A DNA stretch of 64,000 bases from Obrimoposthia wandeli (GCA_977020255.1 CDROCS010000506.1:1364001-1428000), one strand, 5' to 3'. Counted from the first letter of the stretch, positions 42,096 through 53,498 are shown. Notes: generated from the letters alone by a model not told the origin. A program made the numbers and translations.

Positions 42096-42869
42096 TTAGT
42101 AACCGCTGCTATCTGCAGGCTTTTCTGCTAATTCAAGCTCAGCTAATAAGTTAGCAAGTAGGCTTGACGCACCGAAACGGAATTTTGCTGGAGAAACCCA
42201 GTCTTTACCTAGAATTGATTCAGCTAATGCAAGGTATTCACCTGCTTGCTCAGCATTTTTAACGCCACCAGCTGGTTTGAAACCAACATCTGTGTTTTTC
42301 TCGCTGATCACCGTAAGCATGATTTTAGCAAATTCTAGCGTTGCATTAACAGGCACTTTACCTGTTGATGTTTTAATGAAGTCTGCACCTGCATCAATTG
42401 AGATTTCACTCGCTTGACGGATTAATGCTTCTGTTTTAAGTTCGCCAGTTTCAACGATCACTTTAAGTTGCACGTTAGCAGGACATGCTGCTTTACAGGC
42501 TTTCACTAATTCGAAACCAACTTCCGCATTACCAGCCATCAGTGCGCGGTATGGGAATACAACGTCAACTTCATCTGCGCCGTAGGCAACAGCCGCTTTT
42601 GTTTCAGCTACTGCGATAGCAACATCATCATTACCGTGTGGGAAGTTCGTTACTGTCGCGATTTTTACCGTTTCAGCGCCGATTGCATTCAATGTTTTAC
42701 GGGCGATAGGAACAAAGCGAGGGTAAATACAAACAGCAGCGGTATTACCTGCAGCACTTTTTGCTTTATGACACAGTTCAATGACTTTTGCATCTGTATC
42801 ATCATCGTTAAGTGTTGTTAGGTCCATCATGCTTAATGCACGTTGCGCTGCTACTTTAAAGTTACTCAT
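42096..42869 (-). CDS. deoC: Deoxyribose-phosphate aldolase
   Basis: [40 protein letters not shown]. Confidence 0.98.
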   Translation of the reverse strand: MSNFKVAAQRALSMMDLTTLNDDDTDAKVIELCHKAKSAAGNTAAVCIYPRFVPIARKTLNAIGAETVKIATVTNFPHGNDDVAIAVAETKAAVAYGADEVDVVFPYRALMAGNAEVGFELVKACKAACPANVQLKVIVETGELKTEALIRQASEISIDAGADFIKTSTGKVPVNATLEFAKIMLTVISEKNTDVGFKPAGGVKNAEQAGEYLALAESILGKDWVSPAKFRFGASSLLANLLAELELAEKPADSSGY

Positions 42870-43073
42870 ATTAAGTCTCCAGATTATATTTAAAATATAG
42901 TGTTTAAAAAACCAATAGAAAAATCGCAGTAATTAAGATAATTACTACCGGTAGTTATTCTGGATGTGTATTAATAAAGAAGTGCTCACCTTAATATAAC
43001 TAAGGTAAATAAGTGACGTATAAATGATTAATGCTCATATTAAAATCAACGCTAATATAAACTTAATCTAACG

Positions 43074-43183
43074 ATCAACATAACTATCTTTAAGACAAAT
43101 ATCCATGAAGAATAACTATGCGGACTTGGTTCCGTGAAGACTTGATATGACTATCAATTAATATCCCTATAACCGCGTTAATA
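43074..43183. repeat. 110-bp conserved non-coding element, copy upstream of deoC
   Basis: 107/110 identical to 45040-45149; three ANGGA motifs on the minus strand. Confidence 0.9.
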
Positions 43184-43294
43184 CAACGAACCAGAGCTGT
43201 ATATTAAGCAAAAGCTTAAAGGCCAAAGGTCAGAAATATTTAACGAAAAACACCAAAAGTACTTCATGTGCAATTGGTTTAAACTACAGTGTTA

Positions 43295-43322
43295 AAGTTA
43301 CGCTAAGTGACAAAGAAATCAA
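43295..43322 (-). promoter_or_regulatory. Candidate sigma70 promoter, duplicated at about 45254-45278
   Basis: TTGATT-16 nt-TAACTT here and TTGATT-16 nt-TACCCT in the paralogous region, within a second conserved block (AACGAAAAACACCAAAAGTAC...). Confidence 0.35.
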
Positions 43323-43425
43323 GCAATAAATGCCGCTATAACGGTCGTACTTCTCACTATGTGCAATTAAACGACAATAAAACAACATATTAAATGTATG
43401 CCTATGTAAGCATGCTATTTAACTC

Positions 43426-43487
43426 AAAAATGCCCAACACTGCGATTAACATGGTCGATTAAACCTATCTACAAACAGTGTCGAGCA
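43426..43487 (-). terminator. Probable terminator after nupC (downstream copy)
   Basis: 12-bp stem UGCUCGACACUG/CAGUGUUGGGCA with G-U pairs, long loop, followed by U5. Confidence 0.45.
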
Positions 43488-43544
43488 ATACCTACTATCT
43501 TATGTCACGGCGACTACACCGCTACATCGCTAGCCCCTATATCA

Positions 43545-44768
43545 CTAACCTAAAAATAAACCAGCCAAGGTTGCACTCATTAAGTTAGCTAAAGAAGCCG
43601 CTAATACCGCTTTCATCCCCATGCTCGCAATGTCAGCACGACGTGATGGCGCTAAGCTACCTAAACCACCGAGCAAGATCGCAATAGATGAGAAGTTAGC
43701 AAAACCACACAGCGCGAAAGAAATAATGATTTGCGTATGCTCAGATAGCTCGTTATTTTTAATGTAGCTAACGAAATCGAGGAAAGCAACGAACTCATTC
43801 ACTACGAGTTTTTGACCAATGAAACTACCCGCAGCAACCGCTTCGTGCCACGGCACACCGATCACAAATGCCAATGGCGAGAACACCCAACCTAAGATCA
43901 TTTGAATGGTTAATTCAGGCATATCAAACCAAGCACCGATACCACCAGTGATACCATTTGCGAGAGCAATCAGACCAACGAATGCAATTAACATTGCACC
44001 TACGTTAAGCGCTAACATCATACCTGAAGACGCACCCGCAGCAGCTGCGTCAAGCACGTTAACCGGCTTGTCGTCATTGTCGTCGTCAAGATCATCCAGC
44101 GATATCTTTGGTGTTTCTGTTTCTGGCTTAATAATTTTAGCCATTAATAGGCCACCTGGCGCCGCCATGAATGACGCAGCAACCAAGTACTCAATCTTAA
44201 TACCAAGGCCAGCATAACCCGCAAGGACAGAACCAGCGATAGACGCAAGGCCACCAACCATCACCGCAAATAGCTCTGATTTAGTCATTGATTTAATGAA
44301 TGGACGCACAACAAGTGGCGCTTCAGTTTGACCCACAAAAATATTAGCAGTGGCAGAAAGTGATTCCGCACGACTGGTGCCTAATAATTTCTGTAAACCA
44401 CCACCGATGAAGTTAATCACCATGCTCATAATACCGAGGTAGTATAAAACTGCGATTAATGATGAGAAGAACACGATCACAGGCAATACGTTGATCGCGA
44501 AAATGAAGCCTACTTTGAATCTGGCTAAGTCACCAAATAAGAATTGAATACCTTCATTACCATAAGCAATGACGTTTGCTACGCCAGTAGAGAGACTTTG
44601 TAGTAACTCTTTACCCGGAGGGAAGTATAAAATGAACGCACCAATAATAACCTGAATAGCGAATGCGCCACCCACAGTGCGTAAGTTAATTGCTTTTCTG
44701 TTGTCCGATAATAGCAGCGCTAAACCGAGTAGCGCGAAAACGCCTACAATACCCATTACAAAATTCAT
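43545..44768 (-). CDS. nupC: NupC/CNT-family nucleoside:cation symporter (copy 1)
   Basis: [26 protein letters not shown]. Confidence 0.95.
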   Translation of the reverse strand: MNFVMGIVGVFALLGLALLLSDNRKAINLRTVGGAFAIQVIIGAFILYFPPGKELLQSLSTGVANVIAYGNEGIQFLFGDLARFKVGFIFAINVLPVIVFFSSLIAVLYYLGIMSMVINFIGGGLQKLLGTSRAESLSATANIFVGQTEAPLVVRPFIKSMTKSELFAVMVGGLASIAGSVLAGYAGLGIKIEYLVAASFMAAPGGLLMAKIIKPETETPKISLDDLDDDNDDKPVNVLDAAAAGASSGMMLALNVGAMLIAFVGLIALANGITGGIGAWFDMPELTIQMILGWVFSPLAFVIGVPWHEAVAAGSFIGQKLVVNEFVAFLDFVSYIKNNELSEHTQIIISFALCGFANFSSIAILLGGLGSLAPSRRADIASMGMKAVLAASLANLMSATLAGLFLG

Positions 44769-45039
44769 CAAGAATCGTCTCCAAATTTATTGGCTTTTTA
44801 TAAGCCAATGTTTATAAACCATTGATTAAATTTGTTATAAAACAATAATTCAATCACCGTAATTAACATTTTTATAGTTATGACTAAGCGTTAATTACTT
44901 GCGGTAGCTATTCTGGATAAATTCAAATAAAGAAATACCGACGCACCGTTGCAATCTAAGGTAAATAGATCACGTACGAAGATAAATAGATGACATATAA
45001 ATGACGAATACTTAGAGTAAAAGAAGCATTAATCTCACT

Positions 45040-45149
45040 ATCAACATAACTATCTTTAAGATAAATATCCATGAAGAATAACTATGCGGACTTGGTTCCT
45101 TGAAGACTTGATATGACTATCAATTAACATCCCTATAACCGCGTTAATA
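45040..45149. repeat. 110-bp conserved non-coding element, copy upstream of nupC copy 1
   Basis: 107/110 identical to 43074-43183. Confidence 0.9.
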
Positions 45150-45487
45150 GTACTTATCTAGCCACCTAAATTGAGGTTTAAAGAGTCCGTACTACTTAAC
45201 GAAAAACACCAAAAGTACATCATGTACAAACGGTCTTCATTACCTAGTTAAGGGTACGCTCAGTGACAAGTAAATCAAGTTGTAAATGTTCTCAGAACCG
45301 ACCCAGATCGCACTCCAAGAAAATAGATAAGCATAAAAAGCGAGATTAAATAAATATTAAATAAGGGGATGAGTAAATATTCTATTTTTTGTATTTGAGG
45401 CAATAACGATGCCGCGCATTACGCAGATAAAAATGCCAATAACGGCTCTAGTAATAACTCTAATAACAACAGTATTTTATCCAGATC

Positions 45488-45529
45488 AAAAAAATGCCCA
45501 CAAACTGCTTTTATACAATTTGTGGGCAT
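45488..45529 (-). terminator. Intrinsic terminator after nupC copy 2
   Basis: ATGCCCACAAA...TTTGTGGGCAT stem followed by T7 on the minus strand. Confidence 0.8.
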
Positions 45530-45590
45530 CATCTATTTTATAACCGTCATGATAACGGTTAATACATTATCGCTATTTTAGCTAAACATA

Positions 45591-46814
45591 TTAAGCTAGG
45601 AATAGACCCGCTAATGCAGCACTCATTAAGTTAGCTAGAGAAGCAGCAAGAACCGCTTTCATACCCATGCTTGCAATGTCTGCACGGCGTGTTGGTGCTA
45701 AGCTACCTAAACCACCTAATAGAATCGCAATAGATGAGAAGTTAGCAAAACCACATAACGCAAACGAGATGATGATTTGTGTATGCTCAGAAAGTTCGTT
45801 ATTTTTGATGTAGCTAACGAAGTCTAAGAAAGCAACAAATTCATTCACAACTAGTTTTTGACCAATGAAGCTACCAGCAGCAACCGCTTCGTGCCATGGC
45901 ACACCGATGACGAATGCAAGTGGTGAGAACACCCAACCTAAGATCATTTGGATCGTTAGTTCAGGCATATCGAACCAAGCACCGATACCACCAGTGATAC
46001 CATTTGCTAATGCGATTAGACCAACGAATGCAATTAACATTGCACCAACGTTAAGTGCTAGCATCATACCTGAAGAAGCACCCGCAGCAGCAGCATCTAG
46101 TACGTTTGCTGGTTTTTCTTCATCACTGTCGTCAAGATCATCAAGTGTAACTTTTGGCGTTTCAGTTTCAGGTTTAATGATTTTAGCCATTAATAGACCA
46201 CCCGGTGCAGCCATAAATGACGCAGCAACCAAGTACTCAATTTTAATACCAAGACCCGCATAACCAGCTAGAACTGAACCAGCGATAGACGCAAGACCAC
46301 CCACCATCACAGCAAATAGCTCTGATTTAGTCATTGATTTAATAAACGGACGCACAACAAGTGGTGCTTCAGTTTGACCAACAAAGATATTTGCAGTTGC
46401 AGAAAGTGATTCAGCACGACTAGTGCCTAATAGTTTCTGTAAGCCACCACCGATAAAGTTAATCACTACGCTCATTACACCGATATAGTATAAAACAGCG
46501 ATTAATGATGAGAAGAACACGATTACTGGCAATACGTTAATAGCAAAGATGAAACCAACTTTGAATTTCGCTAAATCACCAAATAAGAATTGAATACCTT
46601 CATTACCATAAGCAATGACGTTAGCAACACCAGTCGAAAGACCTTGTAGTAACTCTTTGCCTGGAGGGAAGTATAAAATAAACGCGCCAACAATAACCTG
46701 GATAGCAAAAGCGCCACCAACAGTGCGAAGGTTAATCGCTTTTCTGTTATCCGATAACAGTACAGCTAAACCAAGTAGAACGAAAACGCCTACAATACCC
46801 ATTACAAAATTCAT
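45591..46814 (-). CDS. nupC: NupC/CNT-family nucleoside:cation symporter (copy 2)
   Basis: Same motifs as copy 1; about 18 amino-acid differences over 407 aa by manual comparison. Confidence 0.95.
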   Translation of the reverse strand: MNFVMGIVGVFVLLGLAVLLSDNRKAINLRTVGGAFAIQVIVGAFILYFPPGKELLQGLSTGVANVIAYGNEGIQFLFGDLAKFKVGFIFAINVLPVIVFFSSLIAVLYYIGVMSVVINFIGGGLQKLLGTSRAESLSATANIFVGQTEAPLVVRPFIKSMTKSELFAVMVGGLASIAGSVLAGYAGLGIKIEYLVAASFMAAPGGLLMAKIIKPETETPKVTLDDLDDSDEEKPANVLDAAAAGASSGMMLALNVGAMLIAFVGLIALANGITGGIGAWFDMPELTIQMILGWVFSPLAFVIGVPWHEAVAAGSFIGQKLVVNEFVAFLDFVSYIKNNELSEHTQIIISFALCGFANFSSIAILLGGLGSLAPTRRADIASMGMKAVLAASLANLMSAALAGLFLA

Positions 46815-47031
46815 CAGGAATAATCTCCAAGTTTCGCTTCAGAAGTGTTTCTATAGTTGCGCCATAATCAAAATAGTCCATTAAAGTGTAATGAATAGTA
46901 AATTTACAACTTAATCATTGATTATGACAATTGGCGCGATTATAACTGTTATTAGCCACTTGTTAAGTGCTTGAGATCAGACCTCATAAAAAAGTTTCTA
47001 AAAAGTTCACTTTATTGGCAAAAGTATTCAT

Positions 47032-47799
47032 TTAAGACCGGAATAGCTCAAAAAACGAGCTTAGATTGGTTTTTACAATTACTTTTTCTGACTCGGGTCT
47101 TAATTTAACGAGCTCCTGTAACACTTCTGTAATGTTCGCAGGTTCATTTCGACCGCCTTGATAGCCCTTTATAGGCATATCTGGCGAGTCTGTTTCTAAT
47201 AATAATGACGCTAAAGGTAATTCACTGATTGCTTGCCGTGTTTTTCCTGCTCTTGGATAAGTAATAACCCCACCAATACCTAATTTAAAGCCGAGCTTGA
47301 TATACTGCATACCTAATTGCGTACTGCCACTAAAGCCATGGATCACACCACCACGGGGTAATTTCACCTGCTGGAGTAACTGAATCAATTCATTGTGGGC
47401 TTTACGGCAATGCAAAATAACCGGTAACTCATATTGCTTCGCTAACAATAATTGCTGCTTACAAATGTGCAGTTGTTGCTCGAATGGGAAATCAACCATT
47501 TTATCTAGCCCAAACTCCCCTACTGCAACAACATGTTTTTCTGTTGCTAAATACGCATCGAGTAACTGCAAATGGCTGTTATCAAAAGTAGCTAAAAAAT
47601 AAGGGTGAATACCAAGTGCCGCATAAATGCCAGCGTGCTGGTTTGCTAATGCCAATACCGATTGCCAATTGTGCGCACCAATACCAGGTACTAAAAAATG
47701 ATGTACCCCCTTGGCTTTCGCTCGAGCCAATACATCGATACGATCAAGATCAAAGTCTGTAAAATCTAAATGGCAATGGCTGTCGACAAGTTCAATCAC
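47032..47799 (-). CDS. TatD-family metal-dependent nuclease (YjjV-like)
   Basis: DSHCH, GEFGLD, LHCR, HGFSG, LETDSPD; next to nupC/deo. Confidence 0.92.
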   Translation of the reverse strand: MIELVDSHCHLDFTDFDLDRIDVLARAKAKGVHHFLVPGIGAHNWQSVLALANQHAGIYAALGIHPYFLATFDNSHLQLLDAYLATEKHVVAVGEFGLDKMVDFPFEQQLHICKQQLLLAKQYELPVILHCRKAHNELIQLLQQVKLPRGGVIHGFSGSTQLGMQYIKLGFKLGIGGVITYPRAGKTRQAISELPLASLLLETDSPDMPIKGYQGGRNEPANITEVLQELVKLRPESEKVIVKTNLSSFFELFRS

Positions 47800-47908
47800 G
47801 AAAGACTCCGGTTTTTAAGGCCTCATAGAAAGGCTGAAATAAAGAGATAGTGTAAGTTGCCGCATAATTTGATTTAATAGCAGGCTTAATCATTAATGAA
47901 TAACCGTT

Positions 47909-48952
47909 ATGGAATGGTGCATGTCTAAAAAACTCTTTGCTTTGTCGGCTCAATATTTAAAAAAAGCCATGCCGCTGATGATCAAATATCAAATTCCGAC
48001 AACGCCAACCAATTACGCGCTGTGGTATCACTATGTATCAGATAATAATAGTGCATTACAAAAACAGCTGGATGATAAGATCGCACAGCACGGAACTTGT
48101 ACTCCAGCGGCGACCGAAGAACTCTACCAACGTTTTATCGTCGACAAACGCGAACAAGAAATAACGCAACTACGTTCTGAACTCGACACCATGACTAATG
48201 ACTTAAGCAGCTCGCTACACGATACGCTTAACGATACCAATGAGTTTGATCGGATGTTGAATAAATGCTTAAACGAATTATCCGATGTCGAAGCAGATGG
48301 CTTTTCGATAGAGAAAACACTGTCCGCAGTACGAGAATTGGTTAAAGAGTCTCATGATGTGCGCTCATCAACACGCCACTTCAAAAGTCAATTACATGAA
48401 GCTCAAGCTGAAATCGCGCAATTACGTGAGACTTTATCAGAAACCCAACATGATGCAATGCATGACGCTCTAACCGGCCTGCTCAATCGTCGGGTATTCA
48501 ATAAAGAAATTGAGACCTTCTGTAGTAATCCCAGCTTAAGCCGTAATTTCTCTATTTTGATGATTGATATTGATAATTTCAAAGCATTTAATGATGACTT
48601 TGGTCACCAATTGGGCGACCAAGTATTGAAAGTTATTGCCAAGCGTATTGCCGATAGCTGCCAAGAAGGTGAACAAGTATTCCGTTATGGCGGTGAAGAG
48701 TTTGTGCTGATTTTACCGAACAAAACATTCACTACCGCCCGTCAAAATGCCGAATCTATTCGCCGTGCAATCGAGCGATTAAGCATTCGCGATAAACGTT
48801 CAGGTAAGCGAATCGATAATATTACCGTGTCTATCGGTGTGAGTGAAAATATCCCCCGTGATAGCAGCAGTGACATCCTAACGCGCGCTGATCTACAACT
48901 CTATGAAGCAAAGCGTCTTGGCCGTAATCGAGTCATGCCAATGCAGCGCTAA
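47909..48952 (+). CDS. Cytoplasmic diguanylate cyclase (GGDEF)
   Basis: DALTGLLNRR, DIDNFKAFNDDFGHQLGD, RYGGEEF; N-terminal helical region; likely start Met5. Confidence 0.92.
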   Translation: MEWCMSKKLFALSAQYLKKAMPLMIKYQIPTTPTNYALWYHYVSDNNSALQKQLDDKIAQHGTCTPAATEELYQRFIVDKREQEITQLRSELDTMTNDLSSSLHDTLNDTNEFDRMLNKCLNELSDVEADGFSIEKTLSAVRELVKESHDVRSSTRHFKSQLHEAQAEIAQLRETLSETQHDAMHDALTGLLNRRVFNKEIETFCSNPSLSRNFSILMIDIDNFKAFNDDFGHQLGDQVLKVIAKRIADSCQEGEQVFRYGGEEFVLILPNKTFTTARQNAESIRRAIERLSIRDKRSGKRIDNITVSIGVSENIPRDSSSDILTRADLQLYEAKRLGRNRVMPMQR

Positions 48953-49007
48953 TAACAGCTGACATTCACTAGTACTTAAATCAAATAAGCATAACTCAAT
49001 AAATAAC

Positions 49008-49034
49008 AATGCCGGCTCAATTGAAGCCGGCATT
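49008..49034. terminator. Bidirectional terminator between GGDEF and RND genes
   Basis: AATGCCGGCT...AGCCGGCATT inverted repeat. Confidence 0.7.
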
Positions 49035-49115
49035 ACTTACTATTAATAACGAACAACGACTGCGTTATATAGCGCCATGTATTTCGCTGTCGTTATTGAG
49101 ATCTCGATATTAAGC

Positions 49116-52100
49116 TTATAAGTTCGTCACCAGCTTCGCTTGGTTTTTAATATCTTGCGAACGATAGAACAAGCTATATAACACAGGGACGACACCTAAG
49201 GTTAATACCGTACCAACCGCCATACCAAAAATCATCACAATAGCCATAGAATACCAGAACTCTCCGCCCCAAATAGCTAATGGAATAAGACCAAGAATAG
49301 TCGTCAGCGTAGTCATTAAAATAGGTCTTAGACGTGCTTTACCTGCTTCAATTAGCGCTTCGTTAACCAGCATATCGGCTTTACGGTTAGTCTCAATCTG
49401 ATCGATAAGCACAATACCATTATTAATAATAACCCCCGCTAGACTGAACATCCCTAACATCGCAGGGAAAGTAAAATATGCGCCCGTGACGGTTAATCCA
49501 AAAACAGCGCCAATCAGTGATAAAGGTATGGTCATTAAGATCACCGCTGGACGGCGGAATGAATTTAACTGCAATACTAACAATAAAGCGATTACGGCAA
49601 AACAATGTGGCATATAAGCAAATAACGCACTGCTCGCTTCATCCGCACCACGTAACTCACCACCTAAACGGAGACGGTAACCCGGCGGTAAATCAAGCTG
49701 CGCTAATGTCGGTTGCATGAGCTTATGTAATTCACTTGCTTGCAGTTGACGATGCTTCGCACTGATAATTAAAGTACGTTGCTGATCTTCTCGGCGAATG
49801 ATCGCGGGCTCACTCTCACCACCAAAATTAGCCACCTGAATCAAAGGAACGGTTACGCCACTTTGCCCTGACGTGACTTCAACACTGCGTAGCTTATCAA
49901 AATCATTACGTGATTGATTACCCCGCATTAATACAGGAATAACCCGATCACCATCGCGGTAATCAGTGACTTTATAACCATCAAAGAAACCATTTAGCGA
50001 CAGGGCAATATCACGGCTACTGACGCCAGCACGACGCGCGCGATCCTGATCCACTTCGACCAAGATCTTCGGGATATTATTCTCCCAATCATTGGTAATA
50101 CCGACAACACCATTTATATCGGCAAAACCAGCCATTAACAATTGTGCTCGTTGCTGCAATAACTCGCCATCAGGTCCTTGTAGTTTATATTCAACTAACC
50201 CTAACTCACTACCGCCTAACCACATGCGCTTAGCTTGACCTGTTGCTTCAGGTAACTGTTGCTGAATATAATTATTAGTTTTTTCTATCATCACCAACGC
50301 AGAGTCAAGATCACGAGTATTCACCACCACAAAGGCTTTATTCGATGCGCGATCAACTGGTGCTAATGCCAAGAAGAAACGCGGTCCACCGTCACCTATA
50401 TAAGCAATGTGACTAGTGACATCTGGATTTTCTTTCTCGTCATTTAACCAAGCTAAAAATCGATGGGTGACTTTATCTGTTTCCGCCGTCGGCGTACCAG
50501 CAGGCAAGTTCAAATAAACCAAATACTGATTACGCTCTGAACCCGGCATAAACTGTACGGTAATAAATTTAAAGCCGTAAACCGCGACAAACAATAACAC
50601 TACCATCGTGGCCATAAAGCTCACGCGGTAGTTAAGTAATACCTTTAAGATACTTCCGTACCATTGATTAACAACGATAACCCAGTTCGGCATCGCCGTT
50701 TTTTTAGTGGCTTTTGCAGAGAAGAACCACACACACATCAAAGGTGTAACCAATAGGCTAAGTAACCAAGATGACAACAGTGCAATAATGATCACTTGTG
50801 ATAATGAGCGTAAATATTCACCCGCAACATCCTGCGCCAACATCAGAGGCATGAAAGCCAAGATTGTCGTTAATGAAGACGTTAACAGCGGAATAGCTAA
50901 GGTTTTACTCGCTGCCAATGCGGCCGCTTCACGTTTCATCCCTTGGATAATACGCGTATTAATATTTTCAGCTATCACAATGCCGTTATCAACTAATAAG
51001 CCCAGCGATACAATAATTGCAGCGATAGACATACGTTGTAAGGATACATCCCATATTTGCATGCCAATAAACGACAGCATCATGGTCAAAGGTACAATCG
51101 TCCCGACGATCATGCCCATTCTGAAACCTAGAAACAGCATCACCACCGCTAAGACAATAGCCACGGTTTGAAATAGATTTGATGTCGCCAATGAAATAGC
51201 CGTCGCTACTTTATCGGGTTGGAAGGTCGCCAATTCAAAGTGTAAACCAGCGGGAAGTAACTGCTGTTCTAAAGCGACGAATTCACTGATCTCAACGCCA
51301 AAACTGTCACTGGTGATCCCTGACAGCATCGACACCGCTAATATGATGCTCGGCTTACCGTTATAATAAACGGGGGTATTTTGCGGCTCAACATAACCAC
51401 GGCGTACCGAAAGTAAATCGCGTAGGTAAATATTTTGGCCACTTTCAGGCTCTAATATCACTAAATTTTCAATATCAGCTAAAGCTTCAAAATTACCACT
51501 GGGTTCAATTGTCAGCTCCAGCTTACCGGTATTAATTTTACCGCCCGGTAAAACAATATTTTGATTTTGTAGCGCTGCCACAAGCTGACCTGGAGAAACG
51601 CCTAATCGGCTCATCGCATCCGTATCAGGCTCTAACCAAATACGTTCGTCTTGAACACCGTAGATATCAACTTGTGATACCGTTGCCAAGGCACTAATAC
51701 GATCCTGAATAGATTCTGAAACCAAATCCAATTCATGTAATGAGTAATCTTCACCATAAAGTGCAATGGTGGCAGATGCAACACGGCCAAATTCATCATT
51801 CACCATCGGGCCGATTGTCCCTTCAGGTAGCGAGCCTTTTAGGTCATTCATGCGATTACGTAGATTGTCCCAAATAGGCTGCAAATCAAAGTGTTCATCG
51901 GCAACAGTCACCTTAATTTGCGTATAACCAGTACGAACTAACGATTTTAACTCGCTAACTTCAGGGATCTGTTTAGCTTCACGTTCTATCGGTTTGGTTA
52001 GCAGACGCTCGATACGCTCAGGTGACATGCCCGGGATCTGTGCAACAACAACAGCCGTTCTCACCAAGATTTCAGGATCTTCTTTACTCGGGGCGTTAAA

Positions 52101-52190
52101 AAATGACGCACTGCCGATAATAATGATTAGCACTAATAATAATTGAGTAAAGCGATTATTTTTTAATGCAAATAAGGTTAACTTATCCAT
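49116..52190 (-). CDS. RND efflux permease (AcrB/AcrD/AcrF family)
   Basis: 1024 aa, GLLVDNGIV, NNGIVLID, RLRPILMTT. Confidence 0.93.
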   Translation of the reverse strand: MDKLTLFALKNNRFTQLLLVLIIIIGSASFFNAPSKEDPEILVRTAVVVAQIPGMSPERIERLLTKPIEREAKQIPEVSELKSLVRTGYTQIKVTVADEHFDLQPIWDNLRNRMNDLKGSLPEGTIGPMVNDEFGRVASATIALYGEDYSLHELDLVSESIQDRISALATVSQVDIYGVQDERIWLEPDTDAMSRLGVSPGQLVAALQNQNIVLPGGKINTGKLELTIEPSGNFEALADIENLVILEPESGQNIYLRDLLSVRRGYVEPQNTPVYYNGKPSIILAVSMLSGITSDSFGVEISEFVALEQQLLPAGLHFELATFQPDKVATAISLATSNLFQTVAIVLAVVMLFLGFRMGMIVGTIVPLTMMLSFIGMQIWDVSLQRMSIAAIIVSLGLLVDNGIVIAENINTRIIQGMKREAAALAASKTLAIPLLTSSLTTILAFMPLMLAQDVAGEYLRSLSQVIIIALLSSWLLSLLVTPLMCVWFFSAKATKKTAMPNWVIVVNQWYGSILKVLLNYRVSFMATMVVLLFVAVYGFKFITVQFMPGSERNQYLVYLNLPAGTPTAETDKVTHRFLAWLNDEKENPDVTSHIAYIGDGGPRFFLALAPVDRASNKAFVVVNTRDLDSALVMIEKTNNYIQQQLPEATGQAKRMWLGGSELGLVEYKLQGPDGELLQQRAQLLMAGFADINGVVGITNDWENNIPKILVEVDQDRARRAGVSSRDIALSLNGFFDGYKVTDYRDGDRVIPVLMRGNQSRNDFDKLRSVEVTSGQSGVTVPLIQVANFGGESEPAIIRREDQQRTLIISAKHRQLQASELHKLMQPTLAQLDLPPGYRLRLGGELRGADEASSALFAYMPHCFAVIALLLVLQLNSFRRPAVILMTIPLSLIGAVFGLTVTGAYFTFPAMLGMFSLAGVIINNGIVLIDQIETNRKADMLVNEALIEAGKARLRPILMTTLTTILGLIPLAIWGGEFWYSMAIVMIFGMAVGTVLTLGVVPVLYSLFYRSQDIKNQAKLVTNL

Positions 52191-52199
52191 ATCGAATTC

Positions 52200-53291
52200 C
52201 TAATTTGCTTGCCATAAAGTGACCGCCATACCATCACGTAAGAAAGGTATACCCGCGACTACAATCGCTTCATTCTCATTAATACCCGTGTACACTTCGA
52301 TATTATTCGCACGGATATGACCTACTTTTACGTTACGCTGTTCTAATACCATGGTTTGTTCATTAATCACATATAACAACGCATCTTGAGAGCCTTCACC
52401 CGCCATTGAATGGGTAAAGTCTAACGCTGTTAATGGCACCAAATAAGCAGGAACACTGCTGTTACTTACGGTGAACTTAACCGAACCTGACATGCCATTA
52501 CGTAACTTATCACTGCTTAGGTTTAAGCGAATAGTCACCGGAAATGCATTACCGTTTTCAACACGAGAACCAATTTCACTGACTTCACCAGGAAACATTT
52601 GATCTTGTAATGCAGAAACTGACACTGTTACAGCCTGCTGGTAGTTAATATTACCTATCATAGATTCAGGTAATAACACTTCAACTTCATATGCATCACC
52701 GTCAATTAATTCTATGACTTCTTGGCCATTCGATACCTTGGAGAAGTTATCAACACTCACAGCTGCAATTTGGCCATCAAACGGAGAGCGTAAAATAGTA
52801 CGTTGTAATTCTAATTTCGCGCGGGCTAAATCCGCTTCAATGACTTTCACTTGTTGCTGCGCCGCTTCAGCGTTATTGCTTAGTTGTTCAAGTTCAGCTA
52901 GAGAAATAATACCTTCAGGTAAGCGGGTCGCACGTTGTAATTGATCGTTCGCTGCTTTTGCAGAAGCGCGTGATGAACCTAACGATGCTTGGGTTTTATT
53001 TAATGCCACAGTAAAATCTGAATCATCGAGTTGCGCCAGTGGCTGTCCAGTCACGACCAGATCACCTTTGCTTACATAAATATCTTGCAGTACGCCATTG
53101 ACGCGAAAGCTAAGACTTGATTGCTCTGCACTGCGAATCTGTCCCGATATCTCTCGATAAATAGACCCCGTAGACTCTGTCACACGTTGGTACTTAACTG
53201 CTTTAGGTAACTCAACAGTTGCTGTCTCTGGCGCTTTACTGCACCCGGATAACAATAATATAGCTGTTAATAACAGCGTTAATTTAGACAT
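52200..53291 (-). CDS. RND periplasmic adaptor (MFP), lipoprotein
   Basis: Lipobox LSGC, LSFRVNG, RSPFDG, adjacent to the RND gene. Confidence 0.92.
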   Translation of the reverse strand: MSKLTLLLTAILLLSGCSKAPETATVELPKAVKYQRVTESTGSIYREISGQIRSAEQSSLSFRVNGVLQDIYVSKGDLVVTGQPLAQLDDSDFTVALNKTQASLGSSRASAKAANDQLQRATRLPEGIISLAELEQLSNNAEAAQQQVKVIEADLARAKLELQRTILRSPFDGQIAAVSVDNFSKVSNGQEVIELIDGDAYEVEVLLPESMIGNINYQQAVTVSVSALQDQMFPGEVSEIGSRVENGNAFPVTIRLNLSSDKLRNGMSGSVKFTVSNSSVPAYLVPLTALDFTHSMAGEGSQDALLYVINEQTMVLEQRNVKVGHIRANNIEVYTGINENEAIVVAGIPFLRDGMAVTLWQAN

Positions 53292-53454
53292 GATTCAACC
53301 TCAGAGATATACCTAAACAGTTTGAATAAACTATTTTATTTAAAATGGAATTGTTTATTTAAGATAGAATGAATTACTGAAATATAATATAGTTCTTTAT
53401 TTTCAGTAATTTAACCACCTACAAGTCGCTAATATACCCTGATAAGATCACAAA

Positions 53455-53498
53455 GGGCAAGTACCAAAACCATGAATAACGGTTTCGAATACTTGCCC
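53455..53498 (-). terminator. Probable ptrB terminator
   Basis: GGGCAAGTA...TACTTGCCC with inner AAACC/GGTTT pairing. Confidence 0.6.

Noticed and set aside
43074-43183. Purine or 2'-dG riboswitch upstream of nucleoside genes
   Set aside because: Lacks the UAUAAU/GAUAUGG/UUUCUACC/CCGUAAA core; kept as an unassigned element.
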